A stretch of 46,529 bases of DNA. It comes from Candidatus Omnitrophota bacterium. Lineage in GTDB: Bacteria > Omnitrophota > Gorgyraeia > Tantalellales > Tantalellaceae. The notes under the pieces were generated by a model that saw only the letters and a list, made by a program, of their open reading frames with translations, was not told where the DNA came from and did not search any database. The first letter of the stretch is position 1, and each line of letters starts with the position of its first letter. This document shows positions 15,653 to 25,979 of the stretch, piece after piece. The stretch is taken from contig JBDRBI010000131.1 of the NCBI GenBank assembly GCA_043822885.1, positions 1 to 46,529 of the forward strand, in the 5' to 3' direction. Made by a program: the position numbers and the translations under genes.

Positions 15653-16305
15653 GTCCTCTCCTTTTTTTGTCTGTTTCGGCTCAGACTACCAAACGGTCCA
15701 AAAGTATTTCTGTGTATCACACATAACCCATGTTTTTTTATAGCTTCTATGTGCTCCTTGGTACCGTAACCCTTATGCTTCCTAAACCCATACAAGGGGT
15801 ACTTTTTGTCTTCTTCTCTCATCAAACAGTCCCTAAAAACCTTCGCGATGATCGACGCGGATGCTATGGATAAACTCTTGCTTTCTCCCGCTGTTAAACA
15901 CGTCCTCTCTTGTGCTATCGGAACTTCCATTTTTCCGTCTATAAGAAGATAATCCGGTCTTACTTCCAGTTCTTCAACAGCCCGCTTCATCGCCAAAAGA
16001 GTCGCGTTGAGGATATTCAATCTGTCTATCTCGTCAACTCCCGCGACCCCTATTCCCACATCGCATCTTTTCAATATGTCCAAAAACGCCGCTTCTCTTC
16101 TTTTGGCGGTAAGTTTTTTGGAATCATCGATCCTTTCCGAAAAATTCTTATCGCGTATAACCACAGCTGCGGCGACTACGGGACCCGCCAACGGTCCTCT
16201 TCCGGCTTCATCTATACCCGCTACCCGCTTGTATCCGGATACCAAAGCTTTATTCTCAAAAAACAATCTATCAATACTGTCAATTTGCTTGTTTTTTTTG
16301 GACAA
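15649..16305 (-). CDS. rnhB: ribonuclease HII
   Basis: [14 protein letters not shown] catalytic motif. 218 aa. Confidence 0.9.
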   Translation of the reverse strand: MSKKNKQIDSIDRLFFENKALVSGYKRVAGIDEAGRGPLAGPVVAAAVVIRDKNFSERIDDSKKLTAKRREAAFLDILKRCDVGIGVAGVDEIDRLNILNATLLAMKRAVEELEVRPDYLLIDGKMEVPIAQERTCLTAGESKSLSIASASIIAKVFRDCLMREEDKKYPLYGFRKHKGYGTKEHIEAIKKHGLCVIHRNTFGPFGSLSRNRQKKERT

Positions 16306-16648
16306 TTTTTTCCTTCACCTTAGTGGCCTTTTTCCCGAGCTTACTTCTAAGGTAATACAATTTAGCGCGTCTTATTTTACCCTTCTTCTTTACTTCGATC
16401 TTCTCTATCAAAGGGGAATACATAGGAAAGGTTCTCTCAACACCTTCTCCATAAGATACGCGTCTGACGGTAAACGTCTCGCTTGTTCCCGTCCCCTTTC
16501 GTGCGATAACAATGCCGGTGAATATCTGCACCCTCATCTTATTCTCTTCTTTGATCATAAAATGAACATCTACGGTATCCCCGATATTGAATTTTGAGAT
16601 ATCCTTTTTTATGAATTTTTTTTCAAGATCGCTTATCTGCTTTTTCAT
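16280..16648 (-). CDS. rplS: 50S ribosomal protein L19
   Basis: [10 protein letters not shown]...RVQ.F.G L19 signature. AAGGAGAGG SD upstream. ATGA overlap with the trmD stop. Confidence 0.9.
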   Translation of the reverse strand: MKKQISDLEKKFIKKDISKFNIGDTVDVHFMIKEENKMRVQIFTGIVIARKGTGTSETFTVRRVSYGEGVERTFPMYSPLIEKIEVKKKGKIRRAKLYYLRSKLGKKATKVKEKIVQKKQAN

Positions 16649-17445
16649 CTTTTTCCTCTCCTTACCATTTTACAAGGGGAGATTGCCTCGTCTCTGCGCT
16701 CCTCGCAATGACGGCGCCCCCGCACATTCACTTTTTCCTCTAAATTTGCACATCGGTCAATCTCAATCCATGGTCTATCGTCTACCAAAAGATCCGGTCT
16801 TCTCTCCTTCGTCCTGATCTCCGCCTGTTCTTTTTGCCAAATACTTATTTTTTTCGGATCTCCGCATAATAGAACCTCGGGAACTTTCTGACCATGATAT
16901 TCCGCGGGCCTTGTATATTGAGGATATTCCAGTTTGCCCCCTTCAAAGGATTCCTCGTTGAGACATCCTTCATCCCCTAAAACTCCGGGTATGAGCCGTA
17001 TCACTGAGTCGCACAACACCATAGCGGGTATTTCTCCACAGGTTAAGACATAATCCCCTATAGAGATCTCCCCGTCGACCAAACTGCGGATCCTTTCGTC
17101 GAACCCCTCATAATGTCCGCAAACAATTACCACATGTTCCTTTTCAGAGATCGATCTTGCCTGATCTTGATCATATTTTTTCCCCTGGGGCGTCAATAGG
17201 ATCACGTAGGTATTCTCTTTTCTAAGCGTTATTAAAGCTTTATGCACCGGTTCGACTTTTAAGACCATCCCCGGGCCGCCGCCATAAGGCTTATCATCCG
17301 CCGTTCGATGCCGGTCATTAGTCCATTCGCGCAGATCGTGTATTTTTATATCCGCAATTCCGCGGCTTCGAGCGATCTTTACCATAGACTGATCAAAAAC
17401 ACCGCCGAACATATCCGGAAACAATGTTAAAATATCAATTTTCAC
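16645..17445 (-). CDS. trmD: tRNA (guanine37-N1)-methyltransferase, GTG start, repeat-derived C-terminal tail
   Basis: [15 protein letters not shown] motif. GTG start with a GGAG SD. The last ~45 codons ([14 protein letters not shown]...) are encoded by a heptamer array plus core motif. Confidence 0.88.
   Translation of the reverse strand: MKIDILTLFPDMFGGVFDQSMVKIARSRGIADIKIHDLREWTNDRHRTADDKPYGGGPGMVLKVEPVHKALITLRKENTYVILLTPQGKKYDQDQARSISEKEHVVIVCGHYEGFDERIRSLVDGEISIGDYVLTCGEIPAMVLCDSVIRLIPGVLGDEGCLNEESFEGGKLEYPQYTRPAEYHGQKVPEVLLCGDPKKISIWQKEQAEIRTKERRPDLLVDDRPWIEIDRCANLEEKVNVRGRRHCEERRDEAISPCKMVRRGKR
16748..16786 (+). repeat. core motif plus heptamer array embedded in the trmD 3' coding region
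   Basis: GCACATCGGTCAATC (16748-16762) followed by tcaatccatggtctatcgtctacc. Same architecture as the intergenic copies. Confidence 0.75.
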
Positions 17446-17458
17446 AAAAACTCCTGTC

Positions 17459-17642
17459 GAGTTGATAGTTCATAGTTGATAGTTCATAGTTTAAAAAAAG
17501 CTTACCCGGGTTCATACTATAAAGCTATAAACTTAACGGTGCACCAGTCAATCTTCGAACCTTTTAACCTTTAAACTTTTTAACTTTTAAACCGTTCCGG
17601 CATCGGTCAATCACTACGAACTATGAAATATCAACTATTAAC
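17459..17642. repeat. ATAGTTN-family hairpin between rpsP and trmD, two core motifs
   Basis: Arms gagttgatagttcatagttgatagttcatagtt (17459-17491) and cactacgaactatgaaatatcaactattaac (17612-17642). Cores ACCAGTCAATC (17543-17553) and ATCGGTCAATC (17602-17612). CTTTTAA-type array at 17560-17593. Confidence 0.9.
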
Positions 17643-17643
17643 C

Positions 17644-17883
17644 CTATATTTCCAGTCTCTTTATTATGCTCTTCACCGTCTCAGAAGGTTTAGCGCCATT
17701 TTTTAACCAATACTCAACCCTTTCTCTGTCAAGAGCAACCTGGTCTTTTCCTTTTTTAGGATCATAATGACCCAATTCCTCTAATGCTCTTCCGTCACGT
17801 TTAGTTGATTTTGTCATCGCAACTATACGATAAAAAGGCTTCTTTTTCGTTCCGAACACTTTGAGCCTTAAAACAACCGCCAT
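17644..17883 (-). CDS. rpsP: 30S ribosomal protein S16
   Basis: MAVVLRLKVFGTKKKPFYRIV is the canonical S16 N-terminus. 79 aa. Confidence 0.92.
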   Translation of the reverse strand: MAVVLRLKVFGTKKKPFYRIVAMTKSTKRDGRALEELGHYDPKKGKDQVALDRERVEYWLKNGAKPSETVKSIIKRLEI

Positions 17884-17900
17884 CCTATTCCTCCTTGTTT

Positions 17901-18023
17901 AGTTAATAGTTCATAGTTGATAGTTCATAGTTAAAAAAAGCGCGCCAAGTATCAAGCATCAACCCCATGTAAAACTTAGCATATCGGTCGATCACTATGA
18001 ACTATCCACTATCCACTACCTAC
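17901..18023. repeat. ATAGTTN-family hairpin between murA and rpsP
   Basis: Arms agttaatagttcatagttgatagttcatagtt (17901-17932) and cactatgaactatccactatccactacctac (17993-18023). Core variant ATCGGTCGATC at 17983-17993. Paralogous to 17459-17642, including the TTAAAAAAAGC that follows the left arm. Confidence 0.9.
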
Positions 18024-19285
18024 TCTTTAATTCTCTCTATTTCCGCGCCCACAGCGGAAAGTTTTTTTTCTAAGTGCTCATATCCTCGATCGAGATGATA
18101 TATACGGGAAATTTCTGTGCGTCCTTCGGCTACAAGTCCCGCCAGAACAAGCGCCGCTGAAGCCCGAAGGTCCGAAGCCATCACTGTTGCCCCGCTCAAT
18201 CTTTTTACGCCTTTTATTATGGCGGTGGATCCTTCCAGTATAATGTTCGCGCCCATCCTGTTAAGTTCACTTATGTGTATGAACCTCTCCGGGTATATCT
18301 TTTCCGTTATGACGCTAATTCCTTCCGCAACCGTCACCAAACTCATCATTTGCGCCTGAAGATCCGTAGGAAAACCGGGATATGTCAACGTTGTTATATC
18401 CGTTACCTGCAGCTTGCTCTTCTTCCTTGAAACCTCTATTCCTCCGGGTTTTTCTTCTATCCGGCCGCCGCATTCTATCAATTTATCGATAAGCGCCAGA
18501 TTGTGTCTGCTTACCGCTCCCTCGATAAAAAGCTTTCCTCCTGTAATAAGCGCCGCTATCATGTAAGTCCCGGCTTCTATACGATCCGAGATAACATAGT
18601 GCTGCGCTCCGCCAAGCTTTTTAACTCCTCGGATCATCAAAGTGGGCGTCCCGGCCCCTCTTATGTCAGCGCCCATCTTTTTAAGAAAATCCGATAGATC
18701 GGAAATTTCCGGTTCACATGCCGCGTTCTCTATTATCGTTTCTCCGTCCGCCAGAACGGCGCACATAAGTGTATTAGCCGTCGCCAAAACACTGGATCCA
18801 AAATGTCCTCCCAGGTAGATCCTCGCTCCCTTTAACTTTTTCGCGGAAGCCACGATATAGCCTCCATCAATATGGATATCCGCTCCGAGAGCTCTAAGGC
18901 CTTTAAAATGGAGTTCTATCGGCCTCGGTCCGATCACACATCCCCCGGGGAAGGAGACCTTAGCTTCTTTTTGCCACGCCAAAAGCGGTCCCAAAACCGC
19001 GATAGAAGCGCGCATGGTACTAACTAATTCGTAAGAAGCCGTCGCCTTTTTTATTTTTCCCGCGGAAACTTCGACCGTATCTCCGCGTTTTACGATCTTT
19101 CTTCCGAGCGCGGAGATTATTTCTATCATAGTGTAGACATCTTTGAGATCGGGAACATTATGTACAACACTTGCTTCTTCGCTCAATATCGTAGCCGCAA
19201 GTATCGGAAGACTCGAATTCTTAGCCCCGCTGATCTTCACCGTGCCGGATAGGGGCCTTCCTCCTTTGATCACAAGTTTATCCAC
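18020..19285 (-). CDS. murA: UDP-N-acetylglucosamine 1-carboxyvinyltransferase
   Basis: KISGAKNS motif and the active-site Cys loop (PGGCVIGPRPI). 421 aa. Confidence 0.92.
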   Translation of the reverse strand: MDKLVIKGGRPLSGTVKISGAKNSSLPILAATILSEEASVVHNVPDLKDVYTMIEIISALGRKIVKRGDTVEVSAGKIKKATASYELVSTMRASIAVLGPLLAWQKEAKVSFPGGCVIGPRPIELHFKGLRALGADIHIDGGYIVASAKKLKGARIYLGGHFGSSVLATANTLMCAVLADGETIIENAACEPEISDLSDFLKKMGADIRGAGTPTLMIRGVKKLGGAQHYVISDRIEAGTYMIAALITGGKLFIEGAVSRHNLALIDKLIECGGRIEEKPGGIEVSRKKSKLQVTDITTLTYPGFPTDLQAQMMSLVTVAEGISVITEKIYPERFIHISELNRMGANIILEGSTAIIKGVKRLSGATVMASDLRASAALVLAGLVAEGRTEISRIYHLDRGYEHLEKKLSAVGAEIERIKE

Positions 19286-19958
19286 GTTTCCACCCTACAA
19301 TGACACGCTCATAATCGTTAAAATCCCTGTAGCTTTTAATATTCTCGAAACCGTTTATAATAAACTCCTTTTTCATTTTATCGGCTTGGTCATATCCTAC
19401 TTCTACCGCTACAAAACCTCCGGGCAGAAGGACCTTAGGACTTTCTGAAGCTATTCTCTTCAGAATATCCATTCCCTCTTTACCTCCACAGAGCGCTGTC
19501 TTAGGCTCCGCCTTGACCCATGCATCCAACTCCGAATAATCCCCTTCGGACACGTAAGGAGGATTAGACACTATGGCATCAAATTTGTCCGGGGTTTCGG
19601 CATAAAAAGCCGCGAATAGATCCGAACACATTAGGGTTATTTTATGACTTTTCCCGTAATTGCGTACATTTTCTCTTGCAACATCCAGCGCATCCAAAGA
19701 GATGTCAGAGGCTATGATCCTGCCGTTCTCCACCAGGTCCGCGAGGGCTATCGCTATTGCTCCGCTTCCTGTGCCGATATCCGCTATCAAAGGTCTTTCT
19801 ATGATTCTCGTCTTTAAAAGATCAGAAGTCACGGAGACTAAAAGTTCCGTCTCCGGCCGGGGCACAAGGACTCTCGGGTCGACCTTAATATCTATCCCCA
19901 TGAACTCAGTTCTTCCGTTCCTATACTGTATCGGTATTTTATCGTCATCCTCATTCAT
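19278..19958 (-). CDS. prmC: peptide chain release factor N5-glutamine methyltransferase, N-terminally short
   Basis: DIGTGSGAIA SAM motif and NPPY catalytic motif. 226 aa. The start overlaps the prfA stop by 1 nt. Confidence 0.85.
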   Translation of the reverse strand: MNEDDDKIPIQYRNGRTEFMGIDIKVDPRVLVPRPETELLVSVTSDLLKTRIIERPLIADIGTGSGAIAIALADLVENGRIIASDISLDALDVARENVRNYGKSHKITLMCSDLFAAFYAETPDKFDAIVSNPPYVSEGDYSELDAWVKAEPKTALCGGKEGMDILKRIASESPKVLLPGGFVAVEVGYDQADKMKKEFIINGFENIKSYRDFNDYERVIVGWKRG

Positions 19959-21034
19959 TAACCACTCAGCTTTATCTTCCTATTTTCCTCTATAAGGGCA
20001 TTCACGACCTCGCTAATGTCGCCTTCGAGAATATTGGACAGATTGTGTATGGTAAGTCCGATACGATGATCCGTGACTCTGTTCTCGGGAAAATTGTATG
20101 TTCTTATCTTTTCGGACCTGTCTCCCGAGCCTATTTGCTTCTTTCTTTTTTCAGATCGTTCTTTTTCTTTTGCTTCATGCAGCTTCTCCAGGATACGGGC
20201 TTTTAAAACACGCATAGCCTTCGCTTTGTTCTTATGTTGACTTCTCTCGTCCTGGCAGCTTACCACTACTCCCGTGGATAGATGCGTTATACGCACCGCG
20301 GAATCCGTAACATTTACATGTTGCCCTCCCGCTCCGCTCGCTCTGTAATAGTCTATTTTCAGGTCCTGCGGTTTTAAGTCCACTTCTACATCTTCCGCTT
20401 CCGGCAGAACCGCGACCGTAGCGGCAGAAGTATGTATACGCCCGCTCGCTTCTGTTTCAGGAACCCTCTGAACTCTGTGTGTCCCCATCTCAAATCTCAA
20501 ATATTTAAAAACATTCTGCCCCTCAACGGAAAAGATAACTTCTTTGATCCCCTTTTTTTCCGATTCACTTAAACTTATGATCGTATTTTTCCATCCTCTT
20601 GAAGACGAATACTTTAAGTACATTTTGTAAAGATCCGCGGCAAACAGACCGGCTTCCACCCCTCCGGTACCCGCGCGGATCTCCACAATGACATTTCTTT
20701 TTCCTTCTTCATCATCTCCCTGCAAAAGGAGATCCTCAAGTTCTCTCTTTTTAGCAAGGATAGCGCCTTTAACTTCTTCCAGTTCTCTGCCGGCCAAAAC
20801 GGCATATTCACTGTCTTTGGCCTCTTCCTTGATCATTGTCTCGAGTTCTCTTTTTTCTTTTTCGAGCGCCAGATAACTTTCGTAATGAGACACGCTTTCT
20901 TTCAGCTCCGCGTATTCTTTAGCTTTTTCCGTATGCTTTTCCCTGTTGGACAAAAATTCCGGAGAAGAAAGCTCTTTTTCTAATGTCCTATATTTTTCTT
21001 TTCGTTTTTCAAGTTCCGAGATGATTTTTTTCAT
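19958..21034 (-). CDS. prfA: peptide chain release factor 1
   Basis: GGQ motif (SGAGGQHVN) and RF1 overall architecture. 358 aa. Confidence 0.92.
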   Translation of the reverse strand: MKKIISELEKRKEKYRTLEKELSSPEFLSNREKHTEKAKEYAELKESVSHYESYLALEKEKRELETMIKEEAKDSEYAVLAGRELEEVKGAILAKKRELEDLLLQGDDEEGKRNVIVEIRAGTGGVEAGLFAADLYKMYLKYSSSRGWKNTIISLSESEKKGIKEVIFSVEGQNVFKYLRFEMGTHRVQRVPETEASGRIHTSAATVAVLPEAEDVEVDLKPQDLKIDYYRASGAGGQHVNVTDSAVRITHLSTGVVVSCQDERSQHKNKAKAMRVLKARILEKLHEAKEKERSEKRKKQIGSGDRSEKIRTYNFPENRVTDHRIGLTIHNLSNILEGDISEVVNALIEENRKIKLSG

Positions 21035-21047
21035 TAACGGATCAGTC

Positions 21048-21278
21048 TTATGCCTTTTTATTTAAATAACGTTTCTGGAAACGTTCCACTCTGCCGGCGG
21101 AGTCCACTAACTTCTGTTTTCCGGTATAAAACGGATGACATTTTGAACATATTTCAACATGAATGCTCTCCTTTGTCGCCCGCGTATGAACGGTATTTCC
21201 GCACGCACAGACTATAGTCGCTTCCTTATACTTCGGATGTATCCCTTTTTTCACTTCTAACCCCCTATTATTGTTCAA
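21048..21278 (-). CDS. rpmE: 50S ribosomal protein L31
   Basis: MKKGIHPKY-type N-terminus (with a short leader) and [10 protein letters not shown] motif. 76 aa. Confidence 0.9.
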   Translation of the reverse strand: MNNNRGLEVKKGIHPKYKEATIVCACGNTVHTRATKESIHVEICSKCHPFYTGKQKLVDSAGRVERFQKRYLNKKA

Positions 21279-21297
21279 CTAACACTACAAAACACAT

Positions 21298-21325
21298 ATT
21301 TTACTAAAAAATGGATAAATAGCAA
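21298..21325 (-). promoter_or_regulatory. possible sigma70 promoter for rpmE
   Basis: On the minus strand: TTGCTA (21325-21320), 16 nt spacer, TAAAAT (21303-21298). Confidence 0.35.
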
Positions 21326-21412
21326 GTAAAATAGGTATTCGTATAGAGTTTTGGGTCACTTTTCGCCTCAAGTCGTTATACAAACACCTGAACTCTTGTC
21401 CGGGACTCCTAC

Positions 21413-22693
21413 TTAAGATTTCCCCATATTTTGGAAAAATTCCTCATTTGTCTTCGCTTTCTTTAAACGATCTATTAATAGCTGCATGGCCTCGACAGAA
21501 TCCATATCACTCAAAGCCTTTCTCATAAGCCAGATCTTCTTAAGCTCATCCTCTTCCACAAGAAGCTCCTCTTTACGGGTATTGGATCTTTTTATATCTA
21601 TTGAGGGGTAAATCCTTCTCTGGAAAAGATTTCTGTCCAACTGTATTTCCATATTGCCGGTACCTTTAAACTCCTCGAATATTACCTCATCCATGCGGCT
21701 TCCTGTATCAACCAATGCTGTAGCGATTATCGTAAGGCTTCCGCCTTCTTCAACATTCCGGGCAGTTCCAAAGAACCGTTTTGGTTTATGCAAGGCATTC
21801 GCGTCGACCCCTCCGGAAAGTATTTTACCCGAATGAGGTACGGTAGTATTGTATGCCCTCGCCAGACGCGTTATAGAATCCAGCAATATGATCACGTCGT
21901 ATTTGTGCTCTACAAGGCGTTTTGCTTTATGTAGCACCATTTCCGCCACCTGAGTATGTCTTTGAGCCTGCTCGTCAAATGTGGATGCTACAACTTCAGC
22001 GTTCACGGATCTTTTCATATCGGTAACTTCCTCCGGTCTTTCATCAATTAAAAGGATTATCAGTTTAATATCCGGATAATTCTGGGTTATGGCGTTAGCG
22101 AACTTCTGTAGAAAAACGGTCTTTCCGCTGTAAGGAGGAGCCACAATAAGCCCTCTTTGTCCTTTTCCCACGGGAGTAAGAATATCCATAACACGCATGG
22201 AGATATCGTTCTCCTCTGTTTCAAGATGAAGTCTTTCCTTCGGATATAAAGGGGTCAGATTTTCAAATAGGATCTTATTTTTTGAGACTTCCGGATTCTC
22301 GAAATTGACCGCTTCTACTTTTAAAAGAGCAAAATACCTCTCTCCCTCTTTCGGAGGACGTATTTGCCCGCTTACGGTGTCACCAGTTTTAAGATTAAAT
22401 CTTCTTATCTGTGACGGCGAAACATAAATATCATCCGGGCAAGGCAGATAATTATAATCCGAACTTCTCAAAAAACCGAATCCGTCTTCAAGTACTTCCA
22501 AAACCCCTTCTCCGTAAGCAAATCCGTCCTTTTCGACCTTGGCTTGCAGTACTTTAAAGATAAGGTCATGTTTTTTCATCCCGCTTATCCCGTTGATCTT
22601 AAGATCTTTTGCGATGTCCGTCAACTCCGAGATCTTCATGCTTTTTAGTTGTACAATATCTAATTCTTTTCCGCTTCCTGAACTTTTTGCCAT
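21413..22693 (-). CDS. rho: transcription termination factor Rho
   Basis: N-terminal Rho_N ([11 protein letters not shown]), cold-shock-like RNA-binding domain, and a RecA-type ATPase with Walker [13 protein letters not shown]. 426 aa. Overlaps the coaE 3' end by 34 nt; Met19 (start at 22639) is an alternative. Confidence 0.92.
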   Translation of the reverse strand: MAKSSGSGKELDIVQLKSMKISELTDIAKDLKINGISGMKKHDLIFKVLQAKVEKDGFAYGEGVLEVLEDGFGFLRSSDYNYLPCPDDIYVSPSQIRRFNLKTGDTVSGQIRPPKEGERYFALLKVEAVNFENPEVSKNKILFENLTPLYPKERLHLETEENDISMRVMDILTPVGKGQRGLIVAPPYSGKTVFLQKFANAITQNYPDIKLIILLIDERPEEVTDMKRSVNAEVVASTFDEQAQRHTQVAEMVLHKAKRLVEHKYDVIILLDSITRLARAYNTTVPHSGKILSGGVDANALHKPKRFFGTARNVEEGGSLTIIATALVDTGSRMDEVIFEEFKGTGNMEIQLDRNLFQRRIYPSIDIKRSNTRKEELLVEEDELKKIWLMRKALSDMDSVEAMQLLIDRLKKAKTNEEFFQNMGKS

Positions 22694-23256
22694 ATCTCTT
22701 CTACTCCTTTTCTTATTGTTTCGAGATCATTGTCATTGTCTATTATATAATCAGCAACCCTCTCCTTTTCCTTTTGAGGCAGCTGGCTTTCCATTATGCC
22801 GAGAACTTCATCTTCCGTCAAACCCCTTGTGAGAGCCCGTTTTATGCGGGTGGCTCTCTTTGCCTTGACCACTATCACTTTGTCCACATAATTATTAAGC
22901 CCGCATTCAACCAAAAGAGGCGCGTCTATCACAACCGTCCCTGACTCTTTTTCTCTTTCCGCTTCGTTTTTTATTCTGGCGATTATAAGCGGATGGAGTA
23001 TCCCCGATAATATTTCTATTTTTTTCTTATCAGAAAACACTTTTTTTCTCAAAGCAAGGCGATCCACTTTGCCGTCCTTGATCAATTCGTCTCCGAACTC
23101 CTCCGCTATTCTTTTTTTCATGCCGTCCTCATTAATAAGCATATGCGCTATACTATCCGCATCGACAAGCCTGGCTCCCTTTTTAACGAACATATCCGCA
23201 ACGGTCGTTTTCCCCGCAGCCACCCCTCCTGTAATCCCTATGATCTTTCCTTTCAT
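22660..23256 (-). CDS. coaE: dephospho-CoA kinase
   Basis: [14 protein letters not shown]-loop. 198 aa. Confidence 0.9.
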   Translation of the reverse strand: MKGKIIGITGGVAAGKTTVADMFVKKGARLVDADSIAHMLINEDGMKKRIAEEFGDELIKDGKVDRLALRKKVFSDKKKIEILSGILHPLIIARIKNEAEREKESGTVVIDAPLLVECGLNNYVDKVIVVKAKRATRIKRALTRGLTEDEVLGIMESQLPQKEKERVADYIIDNDNDLETIRKGVEEIWQKVQEAEKN

Positions 23257-23340
23257 TCATTTGTCCTTATGTAATTAGTTATTCTCTCTTCTCCTTTTCA
23301 AAAGAGGGTAGAAACTAGATCTCAAGGGTGTAAACTATAA

Positions 23341-23389
23341 TCTACCTTCTATTTTCTACCTTCTAACTTCTCTCTTCTCGCTTCTCTCC
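23341..23389. repeat. pyrimidine CTTCTAN/CTTCTCG heptamer array after the polA stop
   Basis: tctaccttctattttctaccttctaacttctctcttctcgcttctctcc. A partial purine partner agagggtagaaactaga lies at about 23302-23318. Confidence 0.85.
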
Positions 23390-23390
23390 G

Positions 23391-25979
23391 CTACTTAGCT
23401 TCCAGCCAGTTCTCGCCGGATCCTATGTCCACTTTTAGCGGCACTTTTAACGTCATAACATTTTCCATTATTACCCTGATCGCGTCCGTTATTTCTTTGT
23501 GATGTTTTCTCGGCACATCAAAGACGAGCTCGTCATGTACTTGTATTATAAGTTTCACGTCTTGTTCTTTTAGTTTTTTATAACAATCTATCATAGCGAG
23601 CTTTATGATATCCGCCGCGGATCCTTGCACTGCGGTATTAACAGCGGCTCTTTCGGCGAACTTTCTTACATGGTCATTTTCGCTTTTAATTTCGGGAATA
23701 TATCTTCGTCTTTTGAGCAGTGTTGAAACAAATCCATTCTTACGCGTTTCGTTTATTATCCGTTCGATAAATTCCAAGGTCTCTCCATATTCGGAAAAAT
23801 ACGCGTCAATAAATTTTTGCGCCTCTTCTATCGTGATATCAAGCTCTTTTGCCAACCCAAAAGCGCTTATACCGTAGATTATTCCGAAATTGACCGTTTT
23901 AGCGGCGCTCCTTTGCTCGTCAGTCACTTCTTTGAGCGAACGATCGAATATCTTTCCGGCCGTAACGCGGTGTACATCTTCTCCGTTGTTAAATGCTTTT
24001 ATCAATTTTTTATCTTCCGCAAGATGCGCCAGGATCCTCAATTCTACCTGAGAATAATCGGCAGCGATCAATATCCTGTCCGCGCCGCCTGAAATAAAAG
24101 CGCGCCGTATCTCTTTCCCCAAGGCCGTTTTTATGGGAATATTCTGAAGATTCGGATCGCTAGAAGAGAGCCTCCCTGTCGCGGTTACAGCTTGATTGAA
24201 CTTAGCGAATATCTTTCCGTCATTGGCCGAAGCCAGACCCAGTAAAGTATCATAATATCCGGTCTTTAACTTGTTCATCTCGCGATAGTCGATCAATTTT
24301 ACCGGCAGAGCGTGCATTGAAGCCAGGCGTCTCAGGACCGATTCATCCGTTGAGCGGCCAGTTTTAGTCTTTTTTATTACCGGTAAAGAAAGTTTATCGT
24401 AAAGAATGATCTGCATCTGTTTAGGGGAATTGATATTGAATTCTTCCCCCGCAAGTTCATAAATTTCATGCGTTACCTTTTCCAGATCTTTCTCTATTTT
24501 TTTAGAACCTTTTTTCAAGGCTTCGCTATCTACATCCACTCCATGAGATTCCATATCCGCAAGCACTTTTATTAACGGCATTTCAACTTTTTCAAAGAGA
24601 CCATTAAGTTCTTTTTCCTTTAAGAGCGGCTCGAGAAACCCATAAATGTCTTTTGTGAAATGACTTTTGATACATGTTTTTTTTACAACATCGGCATCAG
24701 AAGTCATATTTGTTCCTAAACTCCGCTGAAGGATCGACCTGAAATCATAACTCCCGGCAGAGGGATCCAGCAAATAATCCGCTACCATTATGTCAAAGAT
24801 CTTTCCCTTTACCTCTATACCTTCCCTTCTAAAAAAAAGTATTTGTCTTTTTATATCCCATCCGACTTTTTCAATGCTATCATCCTCAAATATGTTTTTT
24901 AACTCTTTTCCGAATGCGTCTCTTTCTTTCTCTGCCTTTAAAGGGATAAAAGCGGTCTTTTCCCCGATCGTCAGGGATACCCCCTTTACTCCGTCTTTTT
25001 CCTCCTCCGGAACCGTGGAGAAAAAGATCTTCTCGTTCTTTGTTCTTCCCTTTAATGCTTTTTTGACATCTTCTTCCGTCTTGCATTCCGTGTAGCCGAT
25101 CTCGCTTCTATCGACAGTCGCTATCTCACCTAAAAGTTTTTTAAACTCGAACTTCTTATAGAGTTCCGCAAGTCTTTCACTGTCTGGCTCCCCTAAAAAT
25201 GTTTTATCAAGATCTATATCTATCGGCACCTTACTATCCAGAACTACCAGTTCTTTACTTAATCTCGCCATATCCTCTTCCGCTACAAGTTTGTCCTTTG
25301 TGGAACCCGCGGTCATGTTTTCCATATTAGCGTATATGTTGTCTATACTACCGTACTCATTTATAAGCTTCGCGGCACCGACCTTTCCTATGCCTTTGAC
25401 TCCCGGGATATTGTCGCTCGAGTCTCCCGTAAGAGCCATAAGCTCGGTTATCTTATCCGGAGTAACTCCGTATTTTTCTTCGACTTCTTTTTTTTTGTAC
25501 GTTTTCTCTCCGAAAGAGCTAAGACTCAAAACGCTCACATCCTTATCCACAAGCTGCAGCGCATCTTTATCGCTGGTTACTATAACTACATTCATCCCAT
25601 TTTCTTTTGCTTTCTCCGTTAATGTAGCTATGATGTCATCCGCTTCATATCCTGAAAGCTGACAAATAGTTATGTTCATCGCTTCGACTACCTCTTTTAT
25701 CTTAGAGATCTGCTCAGCCAGATCATCCGGCATCGGTTTGCGATGTATCTTATATTCGTCGTATTTTTTATGGCGCACTGTCGGACCCGGCATATCAAAG
25801 ACCATCACCAATCTTTGAGGATCATGTTCTTTGCGCAATTTTCGTATAATATTGATGAATCCATATATGGCATTTGTGGGTTCCCCCTTTGATGTGGCGA
25901 GATCCCGTATCGCATAATACGCGCGGTAACAAAAGGCGTTCCCGTCGATCAAATAGATATTTTCGTCTTTTTTGCTCAT
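23391..25979 (-). CDS. polA: DNA polymerase I
   Basis: 5' nuclease domain, a central 3'-5' exo-like domain, and polymerase motifs A (DYSQVELRILAH) and C (QVHDELVF). 862 aa. Confidence 0.93.
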   Translation of the reverse strand: MSKKDENIYLIDGNAFCYRAYYAIRDLATSKGEPTNAIYGFINIIRKLRKEHDPQRLVMVFDMPGPTVRHKKYDEYKIHRKPMPDDLAEQISKIKEVVEAMNITICQLSGYEADDIIATLTEKAKENGMNVVIVTSDKDALQLVDKDVSVLSLSSFGEKTYKKKEVEEKYGVTPDKITELMALTGDSSDNIPGVKGIGKVGAAKLINEYGSIDNIYANMENMTAGSTKDKLVAEEDMARLSKELVVLDSKVPIDIDLDKTFLGEPDSERLAELYKKFEFKKLLGEIATVDRSEIGYTECKTEEDVKKALKGRTKNEKIFFSTVPEEEKDGVKGVSLTIGEKTAFIPLKAEKERDAFGKELKNIFEDDSIEKVGWDIKRQILFFRREGIEVKGKIFDIMVADYLLDPSAGSYDFRSILQRSLGTNMTSDADVVKKTCIKSHFTKDIYGFLEPLLKEKELNGLFEKVEMPLIKVLADMESHGVDVDSEALKKGSKKIEKDLEKVTHEIYELAGEEFNINSPKQMQIILYDKLSLPVIKKTKTGRSTDESVLRRLASMHALPVKLIDYREMNKLKTGYYDTLLGLASANDGKIFAKFNQAVTATGRLSSSDPNLQNIPIKTALGKEIRRAFISGGADRILIAADYSQVELRILAHLAEDKKLIKAFNNGEDVHRVTAGKIFDRSLKEVTDEQRSAAKTVNFGIIYGISAFGLAKELDITIEEAQKFIDAYFSEYGETLEFIERIINETRKNGFVSTLLKRRRYIPEIKSENDHVRKFAERAAVNTAVQGSAADIIKLAMIDCYKKLKEQDVKLIIQVHDELVFDVPRKHHKEITDAIRVIMENVMTLKVPLKVDIGSGENWLEAK

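Noticed and set aside
18003-18020. Two overlapping TATCCAC words (DnaA-box-like), with another at about 3324, as a possible oriC
   Set aside because: They are part of an ATAGTT-family repeat arm. No dnaA/dnaN, no cluster of full 9-mers and no AT-rich unwinding element are nearby.
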